This document shows positions 18,955-28,938 of a stretch of 64,000 bases of DNA, in pieces (position 1 is the first letter of the stretch; each line of letters begins with the position of its first letter). The notes under the pieces were generated by a model that saw only the letters and a program-made list of their open reading frames with translations, was not told the DNA's origin and searched no databases. Origin of the DNA: an uncultured Candidatus Saccharibacteria bacterium (GTDB lineage: Bacteria > Patescibacteriota > Minisyncoccia > Phycocordibacterales > DATGWK01). The translations under genes and the position numbers were made by a program. The stretch covers positions 24,601-88,600 of the forward strand of contig CAYVZB010000001.1 of the NCBI GenBank assembly GCA_964456405.1, given 5' to 3'.

Positions 18955-20202
18955 ATGAAACACGTACTCCGATTTCCGCAAAACTTTCTCTGGGGTGCGG
19001 CAACATCTTCTTTTCAGGTTGAGGGTGGCATAGAAAACATTGACTGGGCAAAATATGCGAGAGACGGAAAACTTCCCGCTATTGGGGCTGCATGCGACCA
19101 TTACAATCGATATGAGCAAGATTTCGATTTAGTAAAATCTCTTGGACATACCTGCCACAGACTTTCTATCGAGTGGGCTCGAATCGAACCAGAAGAAGGA
19201 AAGTTTGACGAAAAAGAAATTGAACATTACCGGCATGTGCTCCAGGCCCTCCAAGTACGAGGAGTTAAACCGTTTATTACCTTATGGCATTTTTCATTAC
19301 CCCTTTGGTTTTCAGAATCTGGTGGATTTGAAAAAAGAAAAGATGCACCGGAAATTTTTGCACGGTATTCAGCATTCATCGTTGAAAGACTTGGGGATTT
19401 GTGCACACACTTCGCAACTATAAACGAACCCTTACCATATGTTTCAAACGGTTGGAGACGTGGTACATGGCCGCCATTTAAGAAATGGCCACTAATCGAC
19501 ATCATCGGCACTGCATCATATACCAACTCACATCGTGCAAAAGAAGATATCAGTATAAAAAATGTCCTTGCGTATTTTAAGGTTCTGCATGTGTTAAGTA
19601 AGTCTCATAATGCTGCTTATGATGCAATGAAAAAAGTCCGACCCGATGTTGATGTTGGAATCATTGCGCATATCATTTATTTTCATTCCAACGGTAATCC
19701 ATTCAATAAATTATCTGCAAAAATAATGAATTGGCATTTTAACCATCACTTTTTAGGGCATGTGGCAACAAAATGCGATTCGATTGGTCTCAATTATTAT
19801 TTTCATAAAAAATTTGGTGATACTGCTACATATGAAAAAACCGATATGGGTTGGGATGCGTATCCAGAGGGTATTTATGGTGCTCTCAAAACTTTAGGAC
19901 GATACAATAAACCAATTTACATTAGCGAAGCCGGAATCGCTGACGCAGAAGACAAAATGCGTGCAAAATATATTCAAGGTCTCGTAGCTGGCACCCACAG
20001 AGCAATTCAAGAGGGGATAGATGTCTTAGGCTTCATGTATTGGTCACTTTTGGATAATTACGAACTCGCACACGGATACACAAAAAGATTCGGCCTGATT
20101 GAAGTCGATTTTGTAACTCAACAGAGGACTATTCGACCTTCGGCTTATGTGTACAAAAGAATATGCGAAACAAATACGTTAGAATTAAACAAGCATGAGT
20201 AA
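18955..20202 (+). CDS. glycoside hydrolase family 1 (beta-glucosidase-like) protein
   Basis: 415 aa. FLWGAATSSFQVEGG N-terminal GH1 signature and a TINEP acid/base motif. The nucleophile region is atypical (YISEAG rather than ITENG). Confidence 0.7.
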   Translation: MKHVLRFPQNFLWGAATSSFQVEGGIENIDWAKYARDGKLPAIGAACDHYNRYEQDFDLVKSLGHTCHRLSIEWARIEPEEGKFDEKEIEHYRHVLQALQVRGVKPFITLWHFSLPLWFSESGGFEKRKDAPEIFARYSAFIVERLGDLCTHFATINEPLPYVSNGWRRGTWPPFKKWPLIDIIGTASYTNSHRAKEDISIKNVLAYFKVLHVLSKSHNAAYDAMKKVRPDVDVGIIAHIIYFHSNGNPFNKLSAKIMNWHFNHHFLGHVATKCDSIGLNYYFHKKFGDTATYEKTDMGWDAYPEGIYGALKTLGRYNKPIYISEAGIADAEDKMRAKYIQGLVAGTHRAIQEGIDVLGFMYWSLLDNYELAHGYTKRFGLIEVDFVTQQRTIRPSAYVYKRICETNTLELNKHE

Positions 20203-21088
20203 TTGGGTTCTTTTTGTAATCATCGGGCAATTTTTATACGCGATTGCGGTTCTTATTGATCGTTTTATTGTCACAAAGAAAGTTGTTTCAAAACCAATCG
20301 TATATGTGTTTTATGTTAACTTTCTTTCACTCTTTGCCTTGGGCGCAATACCGTTTGGTGTCACATTGCCGTCGACGTGGACAGTTCTTTTATCTCTTTG
20401 CGCGGCAGTGAGTTTTGCGGCATCAATATTTTTCTTATATGAATCATTAAACAACTCAAATGCCTCAGAAGTTGTTCCGGTCATTGGAGGTGTTTCTGCG
20501 ATCTCGGCATTTTCACTGAGCGCAGTATTGCTTGGTGATGGACTACCGACCCGTTTTATTGCCGGTTTCATTATCTTGGTTATTGGAATGTTGATTATTT
20601 CTCATTTCCGATTCACTGCGCGTTCATTTTTCTTTCTAACCGGTTCAGGATTCTTTTTCGGACTTTCAACTGTTCTGATGAAAATGCTTTTTGTCTCGTC
20701 GTCATTTGTCGACGGTTTTTTCTGGTCACGAATGGCCAATGTCGTGGTTGCTTTGGCCTTACTCGCACTACCATCCGTTTACAAAGCGATTCATCACGAC
20801 CATCATTATCATAAAACTCCAAAAACCCACAAAGCATTTTTTGTGATAGGGAACAAGGCACTGGGAGCAATTGGTTTTATTTTTATTTTACTCGCCATCA
20901 AGCAGGGAAATGCTGCAATTATTAACGCTCTTAGTGCCCTACAATATGTTTTCCTTTTGATCTTTGCCCTATTTTTTGCTCGACTTCTACCGGAATATTT
21001 CGAGGAAAAGATTCATAAGCACGAATTTCTCCATAAATCACTTGCAACGGCGCTTATTGTTATTGGATTCTTTGTTTTGTTTTTATAA
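20195..21088 (+). CDS. polytopic membrane protein (possibly EamA/DMT-like)
   Basis: 297 aa with ~9-10 hydrophobic segments. It overlaps the GH1 stop by 8 nt. No firm family motif. Confidence 0.5.
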   Translation: MSNWVLFVIIGQFLYAIAVLIDRFIVTKKVVSKPIVYVFYVNFLSLFALGAIPFGVTLPSTWTVLLSLCAAVSFAASIFFLYESLNNSNASEVVPVIGGVSAISAFSLSAVLLGDGLPTRFIAGFIILVIGMLIISHFRFTARSFFFLTGSGFFFGLSTVLMKMLFVSSSFVDGFFWSRMANVVVALALLALPSVYKAIHHDHHYHKTPKTHKAFFVIGNKALGAIGFIFILLAIKQGNAAIINALSALQYVFLLIFALFFARLLPEYFEEKIHKHEFLHKSLATALIVIGFFVLFL

Positions 21089-21093
21089 TTGCA

Positions 21094-22080
21094 ATGAACA
21101 AAAAGAAAATTTTACTTGTAGCACTTGTACTCGTCATTGCTGGTTTGTGGTGGTTAGCCCTTCGCCCGATTCCTGAAAAAGTGACGTACGGCGTATCATT
21201 CAGCGTTCTTCACGCAAATGAGCTTAAACTTGATTGGAAAAAAGTCTATGTGGCCATTTTGGACGACCTAAATGTAAAAAAACTCCGACTTTCAGCTCAT
21301 TGGCCGATGATTGAACCAACCAAGGGTGATTTTAATTGGTCAGAAATGGATTATCAGATCCAAGAGGCAGAAAAACACAACGCAGAGGTCATTTTGGCTG
21401 TTGGACGACGCCTTCCAGGCTGGCCTGAATGCCATGAGCCTACATGGGCATACACGATGAGCAAAGAAGAAAAAAGGGCTGCTTTACTCGAATATATTAC
21501 TCAGACTATCAACCATTACAAGAATTCAAAGGCCATTAAGTACTGGCAGATTGAAAACGAACCGTTTTTAACTCGATATGCAACATATCATTGTGAGAAT
21601 TTTCTTGATTTAGAGTTTTTGCAAAAAGAGATTGCTCTGGTTAAATCACTTGATCCGAGTCGCCAAATAATTGTTACAGACAGTGGTGAAATTAGTCTTT
21701 GGTACAAAGCATACAAAACTGGAGATGTGTTTGGGACAACAATGTATTTGTATATCTGGAATCATTATTTTGGCCCGATGAGATATCCGATCCCACCTGC
21801 CTTCTTTAGAATCAAAAGAAGCATTGTGGAGCAAATCTATGGCCCCAAAGAAGCATTACTGATCGAATTATCTGGCGAACCGTGGCTTTTAGAGCCAATA
21901 GTTGATACTGATATCAAGGTTCAGCTTGAACAAATGAATCTTGAAAGATTTGACTATATTTTGAATTTTGCTCAAAAATCAGGTTTTGAAACTCAATATT
22001 TATGGGGTGCTGAATGGTGGTATTACATGAAAGAAAATAATCATCCAGAATTTTGGAATAGAGCACAAGAAATTTTCTAA
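21094..22080 (+). CDS. secreted or anchored clan GH-A (GH5-like) glycoside hydrolase
   Basis: 328 aa. N-terminal TM/signal, a (beta/alpha)8-like pattern with YWQIENEP (NEP acid/base) and a candidate nucleophile ELSGEPW. Confidence 0.5.
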   Translation: MNKKKILLVALVLVIAGLWWLALRPIPEKVTYGVSFSVLHANELKLDWKKVYVAILDDLNVKKLRLSAHWPMIEPTKGDFNWSEMDYQIQEAEKHNAEVILAVGRRLPGWPECHEPTWAYTMSKEEKRAALLEYITQTINHYKNSKAIKYWQIENEPFLTRYATYHCENFLDLEFLQKEIALVKSLDPSRQIIVTDSGEISLWYKAYKTGDVFGTTMYLYIWNHYFGPMRYPIPPAFFRIKRSIVEQIYGPKEALLIELSGEPWLLEPIVDTDIKVQLEQMNLERFDYILNFAQKSGFETQYLWGAEWWYYMKENNHPEFWNRAQEIF

Positions 22081-22390
22081 ATAAATTTATTTTTTATATT
22101 TCTTAAAAGTTCTACAAATTTTTAAAATCAGAAGGGGGAAGGGGTTTGATTAAAAGTTCCAGTCTTTACTATATCTACGTGTCGCAAAAGATATATTGTG
22201 CGACGTTCAGGTATAGGACAAGTCAGCCGGCCCAAACAAGTTAAGGTCTGCTCCCTACCGACCTGTTACGTATAAAATTTTAGGGATTAATATTTCCTTT
22301 TTTATAAATTAATATCGAAATAAATCTGAGTTGAATTATGCAACCCCACCACTCCCCTCAAAAATCGATGTGGGCGGGGAATTTAGATAA

Positions 22391-22430
22391 CAAAAAACCG
22401 CCTCGAAGTGAATCGAAACGGTTTTTTTGT
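22391..22430. terminator. bidirectional rho-independent terminator between convergent genes
   Basis: caaaaaaaccg-cctcgaagtgaatcgaaa-cggtttttttg, a stem flanked by an A-tract and a T-tract. Confidence 0.5.
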
Positions 22431-22434
22431 TTAA

Positions 22435-22884
22435 TTACTTTTTCGCAATTTCTTTAGATTTTGCCCAACATGGAGCCGAAGCTAACCATGGTCGAGCTCC
22501 CTGTTCTTCGTAGAGGTGTCGAGCGTAGTCGAGATTACCATCAAGAGTGTGAATGTCGTAACCAAGCTTGGAAGCTCGGTCGAGATGGTAGGTTTCGTTA
22601 ATTTGCATCACACCAACGTCAGCTGGAACAGCCTTACCTCGCAAAACCTTTCCACTCTTCGTAAACTGAGTGAAATGAGACTCACAACGAGCTACTTCAA
22701 CCATGATCGGTATATCTGAGAAGTATTCACGAACATGAGCTTCAACGTCCTTATCGATCTCGTTATCTGCTTCCTTTTTTGTCTCGACAAGGATTGGTGT
22801 TGCAAAATCCGGTTGTGTATTTGTGACCTCTGCAGTGTCTGTAAAGACACCAGAGAGCATCATAAGCGCAACGATATTTAGCAT
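22435..22884 (-). CDS. secreted lysozyme-like / lytic transglycosylase-like protein
   Basis: 149 aa. Signal peptide, then ARCESHF...GVMQINETYH, which resembles the SLT-domain E-S...G-x-M-Q-I catalytic blocks. Confidence 0.45.
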   Translation of the reverse strand: MLNIVALMMLSGVFTDTAEVTNTQPDFATPILVETKKEADNEIDKDVEAHVREYFSDIPIMVEVARCESHFTQFTKSGKVLRGKAVPADVGVMQINETYHLDRASKLGYDIHTLDGNLDYARHLYEEQGARPWLASAPCWAKSKEIAKK

Positions 22885-22966
22885 ATTTTAGATGTTAGAG
22901 ATCTAATAAAAACAAAAGCTCAGTCGTTTCAACTGAGCATTAACATAGTAGCATGTTTGAAACCCC

Positions 22967-22979
22967 TTGTCAATGACAA
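22967..22979. promoter_or_regulatory. perfect palindrome TTGTCAaTGACAA in the divergent promoter region upstream of the glycan cluster (candidate operator)
   Basis: 13 bp perfect inverted repeat at 22967-22979, between the divergently transcribed 22435-22884(-) and 23132-24394(+). Confidence 0.3.
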
Positions 22980-23131
22980 AATGGAAATTTCGTGGTGTAA
23001 GTGGTTGCCATTATATGGCTTTAAATAAGGATATTTTGGCTAAAATTGGGTTTAATAAGCCACCTAAAATGCCCCGGTCCCAGCCTCGATCACAATTGCC
23101 CGTTCGGCATTAATAGGCTACTCTTATATTT

Positions 23132-24394
23132 GTGATACAAAAGTCTAAAGTTTGGCTCTACCCTTGGTTTAAATTTGCCGAAAAACACCTCAAAACCGAT
23201 ACTATTTACCTTGCAAGGGGTGGTTTTTGGCTTGTAACGAGCCAGATTATCGCCATGGCAGCTGGCTTCGGCATTTCTTTGGCATTTGCTCACCTCTTCC
23301 CCAAGGAAGGTTATGGTACCTACAAGTTCATTCTTTCTGTGGCCGGAATTCTGTCTGTCTTCTCTTTGACCCAAATGGGTACTGCCGTTACCCGTGCTGT
23401 TGCTCGTGGTTACGAGGGGTCGCTTGAAAGGGGTTTTAAGATTAACCTCAAGCTTGGCATTCTCATTTTTTTGGGAGGATTAGCGCTTACTGTTTACTAT
23501 GCCATCAATGAAAATTATGTTTTAGCCATTTCGTTTGCTCTTGCGGGTATTTTCATTCCAATCACCTCGAGCTCAGCTCTTTATGATGCGTACTTGCTCG
23601 GTAAAAAAGACTTTAGGAGCAGTACGCTGTTTAGCATAATGAGGAACACCACACCAGCGATCTTCCTGATCGCGACTCTATTTCTCACAGATAGTGTTGT
23701 GATTTTGATGGCTGTTTATTTTATTACTGGGGCCATTATCCCCTTTTTACTTTATCGACTTGCACTTACGAAAAGCAGGAAACAGAATGCAACAGTTGAT
23801 CCTGAACTTAAATCATACAGTGCTCATTTAAGTGCCATGGAGGTCCTTGGGCAGGCAGCAAATCTTTTAGATAAGATTTTGGTTTTCCATTTTTTGGGTG
23901 CAGTACCACTCGCAATTTATGCTTTTGCAACCGCACCAGTTGAGCAGCTGCAGGGGGGCAAAAAAATCTTAAGCTCATTAATTTTTCCTAAAGTAAGTGA
24001 ACGAACATTCGAAGAACTTCAGGAATCCGGTCCTCGAAAAGCGGTGTTACTAACCCTGTACGCCCTTGGACTTTCTGGAGCCTATATTTTAATTGCGCCT
24101 TATTTTTATAGTTTTTTTTATCCACAGTATATTGATTCGGTCATATATTCACAGGTATACTCCCTTACCCTACTTGCCGTGTCTGGAACTATTTTTGATT
24201 CAACACTGACCGCACATAATAAAAAGAAAGAACTGTACGTCCACAGAATTACAATGCCAATTATTAAGATTGGGCTTTTTGTTACCCTCTTGCCCCTCTA
24301 TGGAATAATGGGACTTATTGTAAGTCATGTAATTGTAAGGGTTTCTGCAGGAATATTAGGCTACTATTTGGTGAAGCATCCGTTTAGAGGATAA
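23132..24394 (+). CDS. oligosaccharide flippase (Wzx/MOP superfamily, polysaccharide biosynthesis protein)
   Basis: 420 aa with ~12-14 TM segments and MOP-family organisation. First gene of the glycan cluster. Confidence 0.7.
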   Translation: MIQKSKVWLYPWFKFAEKHLKTDTIYLARGGFWLVTSQIIAMAAGFGISLAFAHLFPKEGYGTYKFILSVAGILSVFSLTQMGTAVTRAVARGYEGSLERGFKINLKLGILIFLGGLALTVYYAINENYVLAISFALAGIFIPITSSSALYDAYLLGKKDFRSSTLFSIMRNTTPAIFLIATLFLTDSVVILMAVYFITGAIIPFLLYRLALTKSRKQNATVDPELKSYSAHLSAMEVLGQAANLLDKILVFHFLGAVPLAIYAFATAPVEQLQGGKKILSSLIFPKVSERTFEELQESGPRKAVLLTLYALGLSGAYILIAPYFYSFFYPQYIDSVIYSQVYSLTLLAVSGTIFDSTLTAHNKKKELYVHRITMPIIKIGLFVTLLPLYGIMGLIVSHVIVRVSAGILGYYLVKHPFRG

Positions 24395-24405
24395 GAACAG
24401 CAAAA

Positions 24406-25056
24406 ATGGCATATATTTACAAGACAGGAAGAGCGGAACTTCATGATCAAATCAAAAAGCATGCTCATGTTATTTCAGGCAAGGTTTTGGATATTGGTTC
24501 GAGTTCATTTGCGCGGTATCAAAACCTTTTTACTTTTTCTGAGTATATAAAGATGGATGTTGAAAAGAAAAAGGGTGTTGATGTTGTGGGAAAAATAGAA
24601 AACTTGCCCTTTCCTGATAATTCTTTCGACTCAATTGTCTGTACCCAGGTTCTCGGTGATGTGTTCGAACTCAAGAAAGCCTTCATGGAAATGAAGAGGG
24701 TTTTAAAACCAAATGGTGTGGCGCTAATTACAGAAAGTTTGTTCGATCCGCTTCACGATGAGCCAAATGACTTCTGGAGATTTACTGAACACAGTCTGAA
24801 TCGTCTTGCAAAAGAAGCGGGCCTTAACGTTGAAATTATCGAAAAAAGGGGTGGGTTTTGGAGCATGATGGTTCAATTAAAAGCACGATATGCAATAGAA
24901 CTCCTGCACGCGAACAAGTGGTTCATCGGTAGACTCATGAGTCCATTTCTCAAAGTTGAAGGAACGATCGCTCGTTTTCTTGATCGTATTGATTCTTCAC
25001 AATCAAACAAGTCATTTACTCATGGATATATTTTAATTATTCGTAAACATGCTTAA
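24406..25056 (+). CDS. class I SAM-dependent methyltransferase
   Basis: 216 aa. Motif I VLDIGSSS and a post-I acidic residue. Rossmann-like MTase order. Confidence 0.7.
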   Translation: MAYIYKTGRAELHDQIKKHAHVISGKVLDIGSSSFARYQNLFTFSEYIKMDVEKKKGVDVVGKIENLPFPDNSFDSIVCTQVLGDVFELKKAFMEMKRVLKPNGVALITESLFDPLHDEPNDFWRFTEHSLNRLAKEAGLNVEIIEKRGGFWSMMVQLKARYAIELLHANKWFIGRLMSPFLKVEGTIARFLDRIDSSQSNKSFTHGYILIIRKHA

Positions 25057-25780
25057 GGTCACAACAAGTTGGGATGATGGTGATATTCTCGACAAAAAAC
25101 TTGCCGATTTATTAACCCAATACGGCATTAAGGGCACCTTTTACATTACAAAAACATATCGACCCGAACGATTATCTGAATCTGAGATTAAAACTCTTTC
25201 TGAATCACATGAAGTCGGCGCACATACACTCACCCACCCTGATCTCCGGCTACTCGCAGTAGAAAAACTCCAAGAAGAAATTGGTGGCAGTAAAAAATGG
25301 CTCGAAGAAGTTACTCAAAAGCCCGTCACAATGTTTTGTTATACAAAAGGTCAGTACACACCTGAAGTTGCGAAAAAAGTCCAAGAAAACGGCTTTTGCG
25401 GCGCCAGAAGCACGATACTTGGGTCATTAATTTCTGGAAAAAAGTTCGATTTGGAAACCACTCTTCAGGTCTATCCCTTCCCTTTCAGAAAAATTGATAA
25501 GCATCGATATTATTTCAGAAAAATTCTTCAACCATATCTACAGCGAGCAAAAGGATTGCGAAAAACTGGAGTTCCAATCACTGCGATGCATTCTTGGCTC
25601 AGTTCTTCAAAAGCTGCGTTTGATTATGCTCTCAAACACGGCAGGGTGTTTCATGTGTGGGGGCATTCGTGGGAAATCGAGAAATATGGAATGTGGAATG
25701 AGCTTGAAAAGCTACTTCAATATATTTCAAAAAGACAAAACTGCGAGTATGTCGTAAACAGTGACTTGGTTAAGGAGTAG
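25049..25780 (+). CDS. polysaccharide deacetylase (NodB-homology) family protein
   Basis: 243 aa. TTSWDDGD (NodB motif 1) and HTLTHPDL (His motif 2). Confidence 0.75.
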   Translation: MLKVTTSWDDGDILDKKLADLLTQYGIKGTFYITKTYRPERLSESEIKTLSESHEVGAHTLTHPDLRLLAVEKLQEEIGGSKKWLEEVTQKPVTMFCYTKGQYTPEVAKKVQENGFCGARSTILGSLISGKKFDLETTLQVYPFPFRKIDKHRYYFRKILQPYLQRAKGLRKTGVPITAMHSWLSSSKAAFDYALKHGRVFHVWGHSWEIEKYGMWNELEKLLQYISKRQNCEYVVNSDLVKE

Positions 25781-27452
25781 AAATTCCTTTCTCTAATTCA
25801 TCTACAAGCCACGCACTGCCATTTTGATACGGATTTCCGAAATACCTCTTTTGTAAATCTAGTAATATTTCTTTTGACACATTTCGAACTGTCATAATTT
25901 TTGTTATTAGTTCGTCTGGATTCTCGGCAAAAAAGGTTCGATTTGAATCATATTCTCTAAGTGAATAGTAATCACCCCATTTATTTGAATTAAAGAAAAG
26001 CGGCATTTTTTCTTTAAGAAGCATTTCTAGTACAGCAGTGCTATGAGAGCCGACGGCGACTTCTGATTCTTCAATTGCCCGAACCAATCCACTTGTGGCA
26101 ATTTTTACCCTTGGATTCGATAGGATTTCTGGTCTGTTCTTTTCTATCCAATTTTTAAATCCATCACCAAATTGCCTGAAGGTAAAAAGAATTTCAACAT
26201 TGTCTTGTTCCAATAATTTTTCCAAGTATGGAATAACTTCTTCTGGAACGGCAAGTTGCTCGGAAACAAATAATACCTTTATTGGTCCGGTTTTTTCCAT
26301 TTCATGCAATGTGGTTACACCATCTTCTCTTTCAAGTGGTCGGATTGGCCCTGAGACAACAAGTTGATCAGACGTATAGGCAGCGCCATGCTTTAAATAG
26401 TATTCCTTCCACCAATCGCTCCAAACTCCGTATTTATCAAGAGACAACCGTTTGTCACCATCAAAACTCGGTAAAAAATCGTATCCATTGTAATATCGTG
26501 AAGCAACGCCGTGCAGAATACCAACCGTCTTAACTCTATTTAATTTTGCACCAATAACCGCTGGATAGTTTCTATCCAACGCCGCTGAAAAGTAAGCGGC
26601 TTTAATACCAATACCTTTGATAACCCAGGTTGAAATACGAATCGCCCAAATATCAGAATATACTGAGCGTAAGTAACTCGTTCCAATCAAAAGTTTAAAC
26701 TTGTAGTCAGGATCTGCTACATGGTCAAAATTTCCGACATCATATTTTCTTGAAAAAAAGCTTAATCCTTTAGAAATAAAAGCAACGGCTTCCGAATATA
26801 TCACTGGTCTACGTCTTGTTATTGCGTGTGATACAACTGTTTTCCACGAACTCAAACTGCGAATAAACTCGGCAAAGTACAAATTTCGTTTTCTCAATTC
26901 GGCATATACGAACCTCATACGAAAATCGAAATCCTTTCCGGGTTCAAACTTATCACCTGCGAACACGAGTATCGCTGGCCTTGTAATAATTAGAATTGGC
27001 AACGAGATAAGGGTAATGCAAATTTGTATCAAAATTCCAAACGGCAACAATTTTTCAGGTTTAAAATCCTTAATTATTTTTACCGAAATTCCATGTGCGG
27101 AAAGATAATGAATGAACAGTGGTTTGAAAGATGGCTTATACAGATCAACCGATGAGTACTGAGTCAGAGTATTAAGTAAGTTTTTGTACTGAGAAAGTGG
27201 CAACCCGAAATAATAAAATAAATCGTTGTAATGAATCCACCACAATTCAAAGCCTTTATACACGTAAGACTTCGAAAGTCGAAGTCCGTCTGGCAAAACA
27301 ACCTTAGGTAAAGATTCAACGAGTTCTGTCGCTTCATAAATACTTCCAGGTAATACAAAATCTTTTGCATGAAGTACTACATCATACTCTTTAGTATTGA
27401 TTGCTTCTGATCCACCATCAAAAATTACGAGTGCCTTGCCTTTTTTGCCCAT
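25770..27452 (-). CDS. putative GT-B fold glycosyl/glycerophospho-transferase (TagB/TagF-like capsule/teichoic-acid type)
   Basis: 560 aa from the ATG at 27452. The track's earlier start at 27482 would overlap the upstream gene by 29 nt. C-terminal GT-B like region (ILHGVASRYYNGYDFL..., VAVGSHSTAVLEML). No sharp motif. Confidence 0.35.
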   Translation of the reverse strand: MGKKGKALVIFDGGSEAINTKEYDVVLHAKDFVLPGSIYEATELVESLPKVVLPDGLRLSKSYVYKGFELWWIHYNDLFYYFGLPLSQYKNLLNTLTQYSSVDLYKPSFKPLFIHYLSAHGISVKIIKDFKPEKLLPFGILIQICITLISLPILIITRPAILVFAGDKFEPGKDFDFRMRFVYAELRKRNLYFAEFIRSLSSWKTVVSHAITRRRPVIYSEAVAFISKGLSFFSRKYDVGNFDHVADPDYKFKLLIGTSYLRSVYSDIWAIRISTWVIKGIGIKAAYFSAALDRNYPAVIGAKLNRVKTVGILHGVASRYYNGYDFLPSFDGDKRLSLDKYGVWSDWWKEYYLKHGAAYTSDQLVVSGPIRPLEREDGVTTLHEMEKTGPIKVLFVSEQLAVPEEVIPYLEKLLEQDNVEILFTFRQFGDGFKNWIEKNRPEILSNPRVKIATSGLVRAIEESEVAVGSHSTAVLEMLLKEKMPLFFNSNKWGDYYSLREYDSNRTFFAENPDELITKIMTVRNVSKEILLDLQKRYFGNPYQNGSAWLVDELEKGISTP

Positions 27453-27453
27453 A

Positions 27454-28383
27454 TTATTTTCTTGTAGACTCCTTAAGACCAATGATCAGATTATTTACTG
27501 TATTTTGATGTACAAAGTTCCATGCTTTTGGTCCTGAATTTGTATTATGCGGAGAAAGAATGACATTTTCCATAGTCCGAAGCGGACTGTCTTTTGGCAA
27601 AGGTTCATCCTCAAACACATCGAGTGCGGCACCAGCAATAATCTTATTTTGCAAGGCTTCGATTAAATCTTTTTCCACCACAACCGGTCCGCGCGAAGCA
27701 TTAATTAGGAATGCAGTTGGTTTCATCATAGCAAGTCGTTCCTTATTCATGAGTTGGCGACTCGTTGGGTTAAGATCGGTATTGAGACTTACGAAATCTG
27801 ATTCTTTGAGTAATTGTTCGAGGGCAACAAGATCAGTCGCGACTGGTTTGATATCACAAGCAATTACTTTCATACCAAAAGCCTCAGCTCGTTTTTTGAT
27901 TGCCTTTCCAACATTTCCAAGTCCAATGATTCCAAGGGTTCGTTCTTCCAATGTATATGTCATTCTTTTTGACCAAATACCCTGTCTCATTTCTCTATCG
28001 AGATTAATGATGTCACGAGCAAAACAAAGAATGTATCCAAGAACACTATCAGCAACAGGAATCGTAAACGCGTTCACGGTGTTTTTGATGAGAATATTAA
28101 ATTCTTTTGCCGCTACCTGATCGAGAGAATCGATACCAGTTCCCCATTTTGAAAGCACCTTAAGTTTTGGTGCATTTTCCATTACTTTTCGGGTCACTCG
28201 ATCATCACCACAAAGCATTCCATCGACATCCCCAATAATCTTTAGGAGTTCCTCTTCTGAAAGCCGTTCTTTGACTGGGGGAATAAACATTTCAATTCCC
28301 TCTTTTTCGAACTGATCTCGAAACTGTTCTGCAATAGGTTGGAAATAAGGAGCAGAAATGAGGGCCTTGTATTTGTATTTCAT
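27454..28383 (-). CDS. D-isomer-specific 2-hydroxyacid dehydrogenase (PGDH/GyaR-like)
   Basis: 309 aa. NAD-binding GLGNVGKAIKKRAEAFGMKV and catalytic-domain blocks (RGPVVVEKDLIEAL, the D-2-HDH His region SPHNT). Confidence 0.85.
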   Translation of the reverse strand: MKYKYKALISAPYFQPIAEQFRDQFEKEGIEMFIPPVKERLSEEELLKIIGDVDGMLCGDDRVTRKVMENAPKLKVLSKWGTGIDSLDQVAAKEFNILIKNTVNAFTIPVADSVLGYILCFARDIINLDREMRQGIWSKRMTYTLEERTLGIIGLGNVGKAIKKRAEAFGMKVIACDIKPVATDLVALEQLLKESDFVSLNTDLNPTSRQLMNKERLAMMKPTAFLINASRGPVVVEKDLIEALQNKIIAGAALDVFEDEPLPKDSPLRTMENVILSPHNTNSGPKAWNFVHQNTVNNLIIGLKESTRK

Positions 28384-28411
28384 ACCTGTATCTTAGCAAA
28401 AATAAGGGGTT

Positions 28412-28446
28412 TTAAAAGAAAAAACCGCCACATTGCTGTGGCGGTC
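28412..28446 (-). terminator. rho-independent terminator following the GC-rich cassette gene
   Basis: ccgccaca-ttgc-tgtggcgg stem. A-tract aaaagaaaaaa is on the + side, which gives a T-tract on the minus strand. Confidence 0.6.
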
Positions 28447-28485
28447 ACTAATGATGAAACCGAAGTTATTCGGTCGGTAGCAGTG

Positions 28486-28938
28486 CTACCTGGTCTCCGA
28501 CTCCTCGGTCGTATCCGGAAGGTACTTAAACCTCCAGATCGTGACGACGGTATCCCAAGGCGGCAATTCATCCTTGCCAACCGGACTGAGCGCAGCGAGG
28601 TAAAACCTCACGAGCTCCGGGGTCGCACAGTCGGGAGCGCAGCCGGCAAGATCATCCGGCGTGAGCTCCTCGATCTTCTTGGCGAAGCACTCCGTCCGTT
28701 CGAAGGTCAGACCCTCGTCGGGAACGAGGTTACCCGGCACTCCAACCTTCGGCTCGCCAAACCCCTCGATGAATCGGATCGCGAGGGGTTCGTTGGGCGG
28801 GATGTAGTTCACATGCCCTGGATCCGTGCGGTCGCCCTTGCGAACCACCGCCGTGATCTTCCTGCTGCGAAATCCTTCCATCGTCGACTTCCTGTTCCAG
28901 AAGCCACGATCTCCGTAAAGTCGACATCGATCAAGCAT
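28486..28938 (-). CDS. hypothetical protein encoded in a ~0.55 kb GC-rich insert (150 aa from the ATG at 28938; GTG alternative at 29004)
   Basis: Minus-strand ORF with a balanced, acidic composition. GGAGGG sits 4-5 nt upstream of the ATG at 28938. Local GC is far above the flanking genes. The overlapping + strand ORF is Arg-rich nonsense. Confidence 0.55.
   Translation of the reverse strand: MLDRCRLYGDRGFWNRKSTMEGFRSRKITAVVRKGDRTDPGHVNYIPPNEPLAIRFIEGFGEPKVGVPGNLVPDEGLTFERTECFAKKIEELTPDDLAGCAPDCATPELVRFYLAALSPVGKDELPPWDTVVTIWRFKYLPDTTEESETR

Noticed and set aside
22081-22434. tmRNA, RNase P RNA or SRP RNA in the long spacer
   Set aside because: I looked for the tRNA-like GGTTCGANTCC end, the RNase P P4 AGGAAAGUCCGGGCUCC core, and the SRP domain IV GUCAGGUCCGGAAGGAAGCAGC. 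None is present on either strand.
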